Part shown: positions 34,209 through 43,046 of the stretch, one piece after another | Position numbering within the stretch: the first letter of the stretch is position 1 | Layout: each line of letters opens with the position of its first letter | Source: Gammaproteobacteria bacterium | GTDB lineage: Bacteria; Pseudomonadota; Gammaproteobacteria; Pseudomonadales; Azotimanducaceae | Length of the DNA stretch: 64,000 nucleotides | NCBI GenBank assembly: GCA_042091155.1 | Contig: JBELHZ010000006.1 | Coordinates: forward strand, 9,071-73,070 | Reading direction: 5' to 3' | Notes under the pieces: model-generated | The model's database searches: none | What the model was told of the DNA's origin: nothing | Seen by the model: only the letters and a program-made list of their open reading frames with translations | Position numbers and translations under genes: made by a program

Positions 34209-34868
34209 CTATAGCGGCGAGGAACCGTCGAGTAACGCCTTGATGTTGGAAAACATGTCATCAAACATAACCCGGGTAAGACGCCCGGTATTTACGTTCA
34301 GCCGGCTGGGGTGAAAACTGCTGACGAGGTGATAGTTTGCGGCCAGCTTGATGCGCTGATCATGAGCAAACGGTGTCTTCGCGGCACCGGTCAGACTCGC
34401 AACGGATTCGTAGGCGTCCTTGCCCAAACAGAGAACCACCCGCGGCTTCGCCTTCTTGCTCGGGGAAAATTGCGCGAGCTCTTGCCTGAGAAAGCCCTCA
34501 CACTGCCGCTTTTCGATGCCCGAGGGGCGGTTTTTAGGTGGCAAGCATTTGACGATATTCGTAATTACAGCGCCCTGTAAACGCGCCCTTTCAGCGTCGC
34601 CGCTACTGGAAAAACCGTATTCGTAAAGCGACGAAAACAGGAAAGCACCGCTGGCATCACCGACAAAACCCTTGCCCGTACGACCCGCTCCTTGTAACCC
34701 TGGGGCTAGCCCAACGATCAACAATCTGGGCCGAACGACGCCCCAGGGCGCTACTGGAGCACAGTGATAACCAGGGTGAACGATTTTAAGCGCGCCTTGA
34801 TACTGAACGAGCCTTGGACACTTTCGGCAGGACTCAATCGTTGATCGTAAGGATGCGGGAGTATTCAT
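34209..34868 (-). CDS. uracil-DNA glycosylase superfamily protein, family-5 (UdgB)-like
   Basis: Motif A is GLAPGLQGAGRTGKGFVGDASG (GLAP type, not the GEAPG of family 4). Motif B is SSFHPSRLN. An N-terminal CRKCPRL suggests Fe-S cluster ligands. Confidence 0.8.
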   Translation of the reverse strand: MNTPASLRSTIESCRKCPRLVQYQGALKIVHPGYHCAPVAPWGVVRPRLLIVGLAPGLQGAGRTGKGFVGDASGAFLFSSLYEYGFSSSGDAERARLQGAVITNIVKCLPPKNRPSGIEKRQCEGFLRQELAQFSPSKKAKPRVVLCLGKDAYESVASLTGAAKTPFAHDQRIKLAANYHLVSSFHPSRLNVNTGRLTRVMFDDMFSNIKALLDGSSPL

Positions 34869-34960
34869 TGCGCCAGTTTAGCCACTCCCCACCCTTGACC
34901 GTTAGCCCCCTCGCCCGTCAGCCCCCTCGACGGTTAGCGTCCTTGTTTTGGGTAGAGACC

Positions 34961-35728
34961 TTAAACCATGCCACTATCCACAGTGCTACGGTGGCCGCCA
35001 TCGCCGGTCAGGTCGGCAGCTGTCCCAGCCGCCACGGGCCCCTTGCGATCCGGTGGCGTATCAGCCGTTCGCGGTCGATCACCTGTGTGCGCGCCCAAAT
35101 CGATGACCTCATGCTGAATCGCCATAATGGCCAACTCAACATCGCTTTTGACTCCCAATTTTTCGAAAAGGCGGTATCGGTAGCTGTTCACCGTTTTCGC
35201 CGACAGGTGAAGTATTTGGGCGATAGCCGACGGAGATTTGCAGCCCAACACCATCAGCATGATCTGCATCTCACGAACCGACAGTTGCTGAAACGGATTA
35301 TCCGATAAATCTCCGTAGGCAACCCGAGCCAGATCTCGCACAATGCTCTCGGAAATGTAGCGTCGGCCAAAACGGATTTTGTGCAGGGCCGTTTCGAACT
35401 CAGTCGGACTGATGTCTTTGCCCAAATAACCCGAGATTCCCGCCCGCATGGCGTGCAGCGGCAAGGGTTGATTGGTCCAGTGTGTCAGTGCAACGACTCG
35501 CGTACCCACCTGCAGCCGCTGAATACGCCGCAGCGTTTCGAAGCCAGATATACCCGGCATGGACATTTCCAACAGCAGAATGTCTGGTGTGTGTTTGGCC
35601 ACAAATTCAACCGCAACTTCCGCCGAATCGACTTCTCCAGCCACCGCAAATCCACCAATGGAATCGATCAATCTCACCATGCCTGCGCGAAACAAACACT
35701 GATGATCAGCCAATAGAATTTTTGTCAT
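34961..35728 (-). CDS. uvrY: GacA/UvrY-type LuxR/FixJ-family response regulator with Glu at the phospho-acceptor position and a C-terminal extension
   Basis: Collinear with remembered GacA (…PDILLLEMSMPGISG…VVALT…GYLGK…LSVREMQIMLMVLGC…AKTVNSYRYRLFEKLGVKSDVEL). Sits in the canonical position upstream of uvrC-pgsA. Start trimmed to MTKILLADH at 35728. Confidence 0.85.
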   Translation of the reverse strand: MTKILLADHQCLFRAGMVRLIDSIGGFAVAGEVDSAEVAVEFVAKHTPDILLLEMSMPGISGFETLRRIQRLQVGTRVVALTHWTNQPLPLHAMRAGISGYLGKDISPTEFETALHKIRFGRRYISESIVRDLARVAYGDLSDNPFQQLSVREMQIMLMVLGCKSPSAIAQILHLSAKTVNSYRYRLFEKLGVKSDVELAIMAIQHEVIDLGAHTGDRPRTADTPPDRKGPVAAGTAADLTGDGGHRSTVDSGMV

Positions 35729-35937
35729 GTTCAATGCCCTCGTCCCTTGAGTTTGGACAATCGAACATAGAACCCCGACCAGCCGTCGGCAAACCGTTGG
35801 AATCCTTTTCAGCAAAAGCTTACAAAGGGATGAGAAGTAGCCGCCATATTTGCGGGAACGACGCGACAGCGTGAGAAGAACTCACGCTTTTCGCTTGGGC
35901 GCTGCAGGCGCTTTGGATTCCCAGCGGGCGGTTCGGC

Positions 35938-37119
35938 TTAGGAAAACGCCTGCAGACCTGTCTGCGCACGCCCCAGAATCAGCGCATGGATATCGTGCGT
36001 GCCTTCGTAGGTGTTCACCGTCTCGAGGTTCATGACGTGACGAATCACCGGGTACTCGTCGGAAATGCCATTGCCGCCATGCATATCACGAGCCACACGC
36101 GCTACGTCCAACGCCTTGCCGCAGTTGTTACGCTTCATCAGGGAAATGTTCTCAATGGGTAGCGTACCTTCGTCGAGCATTCGACCCATTCGCAGGCAGC
36201 CCTGCAAACCCAGCGCAATCTCGGTTTGCATATCCGCCAGCTTCTTCTGCACCAGCTGATTCGCGGCCAATGGGCGACCGAACTGAGTGCGCTCGAGGGT
36301 GTAGGTTCTCGCCGCGTGCCAGCAGGCTTCTGCTGCGCCCATGGCTCCCCAAGCGATGCCATATCGGGCTCTGTTTAAGCAGCCAAAGGGACCGGCGAGG
36401 CCTTTGACGTTGGGCAATAAATTCTCTTCTGGTACGAATACGTCCTCTAGGACAATTTGACCGGTTACCGAAGCGCGCAGGCTCATTTTGCCCTCGATTT
36501 TCGGCGTGCTGAAACCCTCAAAGGCTCGTTCAACAATAAATCCCCGGATTTCGCCGTCAAGCTTCGCCCAAACCACCGCCAGATCTGCGATCGGTGAGTT
36601 TGTGATCCACATTTTGGCACCGTTCATAATGAAGCCACCGTCCACCCGCTTGGCATTGGTGACCATACTGCTTGGATCAGAGCCGTGATCGGGTTCGGTC
36701 AGTCCAAAACAGCCCACCCACTCGCCGGTAGCCAGCTTGGGCAGGTACTTTTCGCGCTGTGCTTCCGAACCGAAGGCATGAATCGGATGCATCACCAGTG
36801 AGGACTGCACGCTCATAGCGGAACGATAGCCGGAATCCACACGCTCCACTTCCCGCGCCATGATGCCGTAGGCCACGTAGTTCACGTTGGCGCAGCCATA
36901 CTTCTCAGGAAGCGTCGCACCCAGCATGCCCATGGCGCCAAACTCGTTCATGATCTCTCGATCAAAGACCTCGTGGCGAAACGCATCACGCACCCGACTC
37001 AGCAGCTTGTCCTGAGCGTAGTCTCGCGCTGAGGACTGAATCATGCGCTCCTCTTCGGAAAATTGATCCTGAAGAAGGAAGGGGTCATCCCAAACGAAGG
37101 GTGCTTTGTCGTTACTCAT
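35938..37119 (-). CDS. gcdH: glutaryl-CoA dehydrogenase
   Basis: 393 aa from [28 protein letters not shown] and the overall pattern are typical of GcdH-type acyl-CoA dehydrogenases. Confidence 0.85.
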   Translation of the reverse strand: MSNDKAPFVWDDPFLLQDQFSEEERMIQSSARDYAQDKLLSRVRDAFRHEVFDREIMNEFGAMGMLGATLPEKYGCANVNYVAYGIMAREVERVDSGYRSAMSVQSSLVMHPIHAFGSEAQREKYLPKLATGEWVGCFGLTEPDHGSDPSSMVTNAKRVDGGFIMNGAKMWITNSPIADLAVVWAKLDGEIRGFIVERAFEGFSTPKIEGKMSLRASVTGQIVLEDVFVPEENLLPNVKGLAGPFGCLNRARYGIAWGAMGAAEACWHAARTYTLERTQFGRPLAANQLVQKKLADMQTEIALGLQGCLRMGRMLDEGTLPIENISLMKRNNCGKALDVARVARDMHGGNGISDEYPVIRHVMNLETVNTYEGTHDIHALILGRAQTGLQAFS

Positions 37120-37292
37120 GCGTACGTCCTTAAATTCGAACCGCAAGGCTAAAGCAGCGGCCTCTGTACTGCAACGAAATGACCGACGGGCAACCTTTTG
37201 CCCAAGTTTTTTCGCGGCCATTGTTCTTGAGAGCTTCGACGGGGACCGCTCACCAAGCTATCATTGCGCTCTCATTTCCACTGGACGACCCA

Positions 37293-38477
37293 ATGAATAC
37301 TGCTGTCACGCTGCCACCTGCGATGGATGAAGATACTTTGGAGCAATTGATCGATGTGGTGCGCAAGTTCGTCACAGAGCGGCTCATTCCACTCGAAGCT
37401 CAGGTCGCGGAGGAAGACAAAATTCCTGAAGACGTTGTGCAGGAAATGCGCGACATGGGCCTGTTCGGTCTCACGATTCCTCAGGAATACGGCGGTATCG
37501 GCCTAAACACCTACGAGGAATGCCGAGTCGTGATGGAACTGGGACGCACCTCTCCTGCCTTTCGGTCGATTATTGGCACCAACAACGGCATCGGCTCACA
37601 GGGCTTGGTGATGGACGGTACCGAAGAGCAAAGAGCCTTCTATCTGCCCAAGTTTGCCAGTGGTGAGATCATCGGTTCCTTCGCGCTAACCGAACCCGAT
37701 GCGGGCTCCGATGCGGGCTCGCTCACGACTCGCGCCGTGCGCGACGGCGACGACTTCGTTCTGAACGGCACCAAGCGCTACATCACTAACGCACCCAGTG
37801 CCCAGTTGTTCACGGTATTTGCCCGCACGGACCAAGACACCGCTGGTGCGAAGGGCGTCAGTGCGTTTTTGGTCGATGCGGATACCCCCGGAATCACTTT
37901 GGGCGCGCCAAACAGCAAAATGGGTCAAAAAGGCGCTCATGTATGCGACGTTATTTTTGACGACTGCCGGGTTCCAGCCGACCGACTGCTGGGTGGCCCC
38001 GACAAGCTAAACAAGGGTTTCCAAAGCGCCATGAAAACCTTGGACCGCGGACGAATACACATCAGCGCCCTATCCGTTGGCTGTGCAGACCGTTTGATCG
38101 ACCTGTGCCTGGCCTATGGCAAGGAACGAAAGCAATTTGGTCAGCCCATCGCGGAGTTCCAGTTACTTCAAGGCATGATTGCGGACTGCAAGGCCGAAAG
38201 TTACGCGGCCCAATGCATGGTGTTGGACGCGGCTAAACGCCGGGATGCCGGCGAAGCGGTCAGCACGCTGGCCTCATGCTGCAAACTGTTTGCCACAGAA
38301 ATGGTTGGGCGCGTCGCCGACAAGGCCGTGCAGTTTCACGGCGGCGCGGGCTACATGGAAGAATATGCCGTTGCGCGTTTTTATAAGGATGTACGTTTGT
38401 TTCGGATCTACGAAGGCACGAGCCAGATTCAACAAAGTATTATTGCCCGTAACCTGTTACGAGACTTCGACGGTTAG
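37293..38477 (+). CDS. acyl-CoA dehydrogenase family protein
   Basis: 394 aa from the ATG at 37293, with ALTEPDAGSDAGSL, QFGQPIAEFQ and YEGTSQIQ motifs. Confidence 0.85.
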   Translation: MNTAVTLPPAMDEDTLEQLIDVVRKFVTERLIPLEAQVAEEDKIPEDVVQEMRDMGLFGLTIPQEYGGIGLNTYEECRVVMELGRTSPAFRSIIGTNNGIGSQGLVMDGTEEQRAFYLPKFASGEIIGSFALTEPDAGSDAGSLTTRAVRDGDDFVLNGTKRYITNAPSAQLFTVFARTDQDTAGAKGVSAFLVDADTPGITLGAPNSKMGQKGAHVCDVIFDDCRVPADRLLGGPDKLNKGFQSAMKTLDRGRIHISALSVGCADRLIDLCLAYGKERKQFGQPIAEFQLLQGMIADCKAESYAAQCMVLDAAKRRDAGEAVSTLASCCKLFATEMVGRVADKAVQFHGGAGYMEEYAVARFYKDVRLFRIYEGTSQIQQSIIARNLLRDFDG

Positions 38478-38501
38478 CGCAAGACACACACGAGACGATG
38501 A

Positions 38502-39311
38502 TTAACGGTAACGATTAATCTCGTCTCGAAGCTGCATGGCAGCTTGGCCGGCTTTCTCAGCAAAGTCCGAGCCAGACCCAGCGTAAATGATGCCTCGAGA
38601 ACTGGAAATGCTCAGACCCTGTCCGCTGCTATCCACTCCGGCCTTTAGAACCGCTTCAACGTCACCGCCTTGGGCCCCAACACCGGGCACCAGCAAGGGC
38701 ATATCGCCAACGATCCCCCTCACCTCACCCAGTTCCTCTGGATAGGTGGCTCCGGTTACCAACATGCACTGGTCATTGAGGTCCCACTCGCCGATTTGTT
38801 TGGCCACCGTCAGATACAGGGGTTCGTCGCCGACCCGGACTCCCTGAATCCAATCACTGCCGGGATTACTGGTACGACACAGCACAATCACGCCTCGGTC
38901 TGAATACTGGAAGTATGGAGCCAAGCTGTCATGGCCTAAGTACGGGTTTACTGTTACTGCGTCGGCCCCGTAGCGCTCAAACGCTTCTTTTGCGTACAAG
39001 GCCGCTGTGCTGCCAACGTCCCCGCGCTTGGCGTCGAGTATGACGGGGATATCCCGGTGATGTGTTTGGATGTAGCCGATCAGTTTGGCCAGCTGATCTT
39101 CAGCCCCCACGGCGGCAAAATGAGCGGCCTGAGGCTTGAACGCTGAAACATAGGGAGCACAAGCATCAACAATCGCCATACCAAAGGTCAGATAGGGCGC
39201 CTTATGGTCGCGCAGATGCTCCGGCAACTTGCTCAGTTCCGGGTCAATCCCGACACAGACCAAGGAATTCTGAGCTGCCCAGACGTCTTTCAGGCGTTGA
39301 TGAAAGCTCAC
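38502..39311 (-). CDS. pyrF: orotidine-5'-phosphate decarboxylase (long, type 2)
   Basis: 269 aa with VCVGIDP, ILDAKRGDVGST and VPGVGAQGG motifs. A GTG start overlaps the ribE stop by 1 nt. Confidence 0.9.
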   Translation of the reverse strand: MSFHQRLKDVWAAQNSLVCVGIDPELSKLPEHLRDHKAPYLTFGMAIVDACAPYVSAFKPQAAHFAAVGAEDQLAKLIGYIQTHHRDIPVILDAKRGDVGSTAALYAKEAFERYGADAVTVNPYLGHDSLAPYFQYSDRGVIVLCRTSNPGSDWIQGVRVGDEPLYLTVAKQIGEWDLNDQCMLVTGATYPEELGEVRGIVGDMPLLVPGVGAQGGDVEAVLKAGVDSSGQGLSISSSRGIIYAGSGSDFAEKAGQAAMQLRDEINRYR

Positions 39312-39967
39312 TAATCGTCTCCTGCCAGCGCTTGGGACATCATGGCCTCTCGCATTTGCGGGTCCTGCATCACCCGCTCTATCGTTTCCACAATGGTTTG
39401 AGTTTGACTGTCCACTTCGACGTTGACGCGCTCGCCCAAGGCCAGTTTGCCAAGGGTCGTTCGCTCTATGGTTTCTGGTATCAAACTGATGGAAAACGTA
39501 CTGTTCTCCCGATCGACACTGGACACCGTAATGCTGGCACCGTCCACACCCACATAGCCCTTATGCAGCACGAAACGCAGCCATTGCGCATCGAGAGCAA
39601 AGGTCAGCACTCGATCGTGTCCTTCGTGACGCAGGTCGCATAAGGAAGCCGTGGCGGTAACATGGCCCGAAACGATGTGCCCCCCCACCTCGTCACCAAC
39701 CTTGAAAGAGCGTTCTACATTCACCAGAGAGCCCGCTGTCAGGGTGCCCAAGTTTGTGGTGTCCAAGGTTTCTTTGATGATGTCGAAGCAGACCCCGCCA
39801 GTGTTGCTGGTTCGTGTCACGGTTAGGCAGGTGCCGTTTACCGCCACCGACGCGCCCAACTCTATGCCTTGAGCCAATTCGCCCAGATCAAGCTCTATGC
39901 GGCTCAGATCGCGCTCTTCTTCTACGCCTGTTACGGCAACCAAGCTCTGAACAATTCCGGTAAACAC
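39311..39967 (-). CDS. ribE: riboflavin synthase (alpha chain)
   Basis: MFTGIVQ N-terminus and two lumazine-binding repeats (GASVAVNGTCLTV / VGVDGASITV). 218 aa. Confidence 0.9.
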   Translation of the reverse strand: MFTGIVQSLVAVTGVEEERDLSRIELDLGELAQGIELGASVAVNGTCLTVTRTSNTGGVCFDIIKETLDTTNLGTLTAGSLVNVERSFKVGDEVGGHIVSGHVTATASLCDLRHEGHDRVLTFALDAQWLRFVLHKGYVGVDGASITVSSVDRENSTFSISLIPETIERTTLGKLALGERVNVEVDSQTQTIVETIERVMQDPQMREAMMSQALAGDD

Positions 39968-39990
39968 GGTAGATCTCCTGTTTTTTTGCG

Positions 39991-40020
39991 AAAAAAAAGC
40001 CGGTCAGTGACCGGCTTCTT
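39991..40020 (-). terminator. rho-independent terminator of the TonB2-type operon
   Basis: On the minus strand, AAGAAGCCGGTCACTGACCGGC is followed by TTTTTTTT, 21 nt after the stop at 40041. Confidence 0.75.
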
Positions 40021-40040
40021 ACCACGACACGCTGGGGCCG

Positions 40041-41426
40041 TTAGCCCGAAGCCGCAGCCAGCTGCTTCAAACGTGCCGATTCACGGTCAATAAACGTGAT
40101 CCACTGGCCGCAGACCCGCTGGTTAGCCTTGTCTTCTTCTCGACGCGCCACACGGCGACATTGCACAAACGAATCTCTCGCTGCGGTCAATTTATCGAGA
40201 TTGTACTGGCACATGCCCTTAACAATGTAAACAGACTGCGCTTTGCGTAAACCGCCCTTATCCAAGGCACCGGATGCTGAATCGACGCAGCGATCGTACT
40301 GATCGTCTTCCAGATACAAATAAGACAGTCGTTCGTAAATCTTACCGTCTTCGGACAGCTTTGCCGCCCCTTCGTAAGCCTCAATGGCACTATCGACTTC
40401 TTGAGATAGCTGCCACGCTTGTCCTAGGGCCTGAAGATTGGTGGTATCTGGTTCAATGGCTTCAGCCTTAAAACCGGCGACGAGCACCTTGGCTGCACGA
40501 TAGGGCACTTCTTCTTGCATCAACAGGCCGGCCAGGTTTGTGTAGTCGGTCTTCTTTTCAAGGAAGCCAGCTGTATAGGCAGCCTCCAACGAATACATCT
40601 GTTCCTTTTCGAAGCCTTCTTGCCCGTATACACCGGCGAGACGAACCCAGTGCTCTCGCTTGGGAAACTTCTCGACCAAAACCTTCAACGTCTCGATCAC
40701 GTTAGGCCAATCTTCCTTTTCGAAGTACAAAAAGGTCAACAAACTCCATTGCTGCTCTTTGACTGTGGTTCCACGCTCTTCGGCGATCTGGATGCCCAAC
40801 CGCATCTGGTTAATGGCTTTGTCGTACTCTTTCATCTGGTAGTAGACCGTTGCCATGAAGAAGCGTGGTGCAGAAGAAGGATTCAACGCCTTGGAAATCC
40901 AGATCTCCATGTACTTCAACGCGTCGTTATAATTTTCCTGTACGTAGCTCAACTGCGCAACGGTGTAGAGGGTAGTAGTCTCTAGGCCTTCAGGAATCTT
41001 CTCGCCTTGGGAGACGACGATTTTGTATTCCCGCAGCGCACCATCGTAATCTTCTTTGAGATAGTAGATGTAGCCCAGCATGTTGTGCAGGTTGGCTATT
41101 TCGTTCTCGTTATAGCGACGCGAACGCTCCAGCGCGTTCTTGATAATCTCTTCGGCACCGGGCAGGTCTTTCGCATCAATGGCTTCTTGGCCTTCGCCCA
41201 GTTTCTTGTAAACCCCCTCACTCAGAGAGGGTACTCGGCGGGTCTTCTGCTTTTTAGCCGGCGCTTCTTCAGCAGCCGCGCTATTCGCAGTCCATTGACC
41301 TAGGCTGTCACTTAACGGGCTGAACACGCCAGTTAGCGTCAACGCCACAGCGGCGACGGTGAAACCTCGAGTCAGTATCTTACCGCGGGACCAGGCCCAC
41401 CGGTTTGCTAATTCAATCTTTGTCAT
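40041..41426 (-). CDS. periplasmic TPR-repeat protein of TonB2-type cluster (TtpD-like)
   Basis: 461 aa with an N-terminal signal/anchor and multiple TPR-like repeats (YYLKEDYDGALREY, YYQMKEYDKAINQM ...). Last gene of the cluster. Confidence 0.75.
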   Translation of the reverse strand: MTKIELANRWAWSRGKILTRGFTVAAVALTLTGVFSPLSDSLGQWTANSAAAEEAPAKKQKTRRVPSLSEGVYKKLGEGQEAIDAKDLPGAEEIIKNALERSRRYNENEIANLHNMLGYIYYLKEDYDGALREYKIVVSQGEKIPEGLETTTLYTVAQLSYVQENYNDALKYMEIWISKALNPSSAPRFFMATVYYQMKEYDKAINQMRLGIQIAEERGTTVKEQQWSLLTFLYFEKEDWPNVIETLKVLVEKFPKREHWVRLAGVYGQEGFEKEQMYSLEAAYTAGFLEKKTDYTNLAGLLMQEEVPYRAAKVLVAGFKAEAIEPDTTNLQALGQAWQLSQEVDSAIEAYEGAAKLSEDGKIYERLSYLYLEDDQYDRCVDSASGALDKGGLRKAQSVYIVKGMCQYNLDKLTAARDSFVQCRRVARREEDKANQRVCGQWITFIDRESARLKQLAAASG

Positions 41427-41447
41427 TTCGGCAACAACTCCTGATGC

Positions 41448-42047
41448 TTAATCTGCCATTTCAAACGTGATACGCGTTTTAACGCCAGCCACGTCAATTG
41501 GCTCGCCGTTTACGACCTTCGGCTTGTACTTGTACTTCAACGCCGCATTAATCGCAGAGCGGTTAAAGATGCCTGGCGGTTTGGCGTCTATCACGACCGG
41601 ATCGCGCACCGCACCGGTCTTCGTAACGATGTACTCCAAAATCACGTAGCCTTCAATACCGCGCGTCTGCGCTCGTCTTGGATACTGTGGGTTCACCTTA
41701 ACGATCGGCAAATATTCACCATCGGAACTGAACCCTCCCCCTTCGATTGAGAGATCCACGTCAACGTCCACCGCGCCTACATCCACGCCTTGGGACAGAT
41801 CAGAAGATTCAAAATCCGGCTTGGGCATATCGGGTGGCGGTTCATCCGGCGGCGGTGGCGGCTTTGGCTTACGCTGCTTCGTTTCAACTTCTTGATCGTC
41901 CTGCAAACGCACGAAGTCCAAGAGTTTCCCTTTAACGCCTTCATCCAATTTCGCTTCATCTGTTGCAATGATGGCCTGCATCAAAAAGAACAGCAAAAAT
42001 GTGACTAAAGCTCCTAGGCCAACGCCTATCGCATAACGAGCGACCAT
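41448..42047 (-). CDS. tonB: energy transducer TonB
   Basis: N-terminal TM, a Pro-rich spacer (KPKPPPPPDEPPPDMPKP) and a TonB_C domain (YPRRAQTRGIEGYVILEYIV...ALKYKYKPK). Confidence 0.85.
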   Translation of the reverse strand: MVARYAIGVGLGALVTFLLFFLMQAIIATDEAKLDEGVKGKLLDFVRLQDDQEVETKQRKPKPPPPPDEPPPDMPKPDFESSDLSQGVDVGAVDVDVDLSIEGGGFSSDGEYLPIVKVNPQYPRRAQTRGIEGYVILEYIVTKTGAVRDPVVIDAKPPGIFNRSAINAALKYKYKPKVVNGEPIDVAGVKTRITFEMAD

Positions 42048-42059
42048 AGTACTACCTGC

Positions 42060-42470
42060 CTAATTGTTTTCGGTTGATATAGCCACTTCGCGCATTCCTG
42101 CAGCTCTAGCGGCATTGAGAACAACCATGAGCTTTTCATTGGTCGACGTTCGGTCTGCTTGCACAACAAGCCCGCCCTTGGGGTTCTCTGCATGCAGACG
42201 TTCGATATGCGAGCGGACCGAGTTTGGGTCCACGCGCTTCTTGTCTATCCAGATATCGCCAGCCGGGCTAATGGCAACCAGCAAGGCTACCGTCGGCTTT
42301 TGCTCAGAAGTCATTGCTTCTGGGCGCAGTACATCGATACCCGCCTGTTTAATAAACGTGGCGGTAACGATGAAGAAGATCAACATGATGAACACGACGT
42401 CCAGCATGGGCGTCAGGTTGATGTCGGCTTCTTCTTCGCTTCTTGAAATGCGCTTTATTTGTCTGCGCAT
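42060..42470 (-). CDS. exbD: biopolymer transport protein ExbD/TolR
   Basis: 136 aa with INLTPMLDVVFIMLIFFIV, the typical ExbD N-terminus. Confidence 0.9.
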   Translation of the reverse strand: MRRQIKRISRSEEEADINLTPMLDVVFIMLIFFIVTATFIKQAGIDVLRPEAMTSEQKPTVALLVAISPAGDIWIDKKRVDPNSVRSHIERLHAENPKGGLVVQADRTSTNEKLMVVLNAARAAGMREVAISTENN

Positions 42471-42493
42471 AAAAATTCTCCTCTGCCCCGAAT

Positions 42494-43012
42494 CTAATGA
42501 TCCAGAGTTAGTTGGTCTTCAAAAAGCTCAGTCTCGTATTCGACCTTCCGCTTCAGATAGGTCGTACCCACTAGGCCAGACAGTGACGCGATCATTCCTG
42601 ACATGGTGGGTATGGTTGCCATCGACACGCCAGCCGCCATGGAACGAGCGTTTCCGCCTTGGGTCGCCATGGCGTCGAATACAGCGATCATGCCCGTTAC
42701 GGTGCCGAGCAATCCAAACAGAGGACACAGGGCCACACAGGTTTCGATGATGGGCAGGCTTCCTGTGATGCGAGTCGCACCATCCGAAATAATCCCCTCT
42801 CGCACCTGACGTGCACTCCATGACTTGCGTTCACCCCGGTTTTCCCAGGTGTTACTGGCTTCCAGCACCAAGTCTTTGTGTTCGGTTCGGAAAAACCAAA
42901 CCCGCTCGAAAATTAGGCTCCACATCAGGAAGGTAATGGCAGCGATGAACCAAAGTACATCGCCTCCCATCTCCATGAATCTGATGATCGCCAGGTAAGC
43001 GTCGTTAAACAT
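42494..43012 (-). CDS. exbB: MotA/TolQ/ExbB proton-channel protein
   Basis: 172 aa, 3 TM, with a conserved CPLFGLLGTVTGMI segment. Confidence 0.9.
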   Translation of the reverse strand: MFNDAYLAIIRFMEMGGDVLWFIAAITFLMWSLIFERVWFFRTEHKDLVLEASNTWENRGERKSWSARQVREGIISDGATRITGSLPIIETCVALCPLFGLLGTVTGMIAVFDAMATQGGNARSMAAGVSMATIPTMSGMIASLSGLVGTTYLKRKVEYETELFEDQLTLDH

Positions 43013-43046
43013 CTTGCGGCAGTCTCCTTGGACTCAGGCTTTCGGC

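Noticed and set aside
42064-42750. 228-aa + strand ORF antisense to exbD/exbB, and similarly 44083..44667 (194 aa) antisense to the TtpC-like gene
   Set aside because: These ORFs lie entirely inside well-supported minus-strand genes. Their translations are low-complexity and Ser/Arg/Ala-rich with no motifs. This is typical of antisense open frames in GC-rich DNA.
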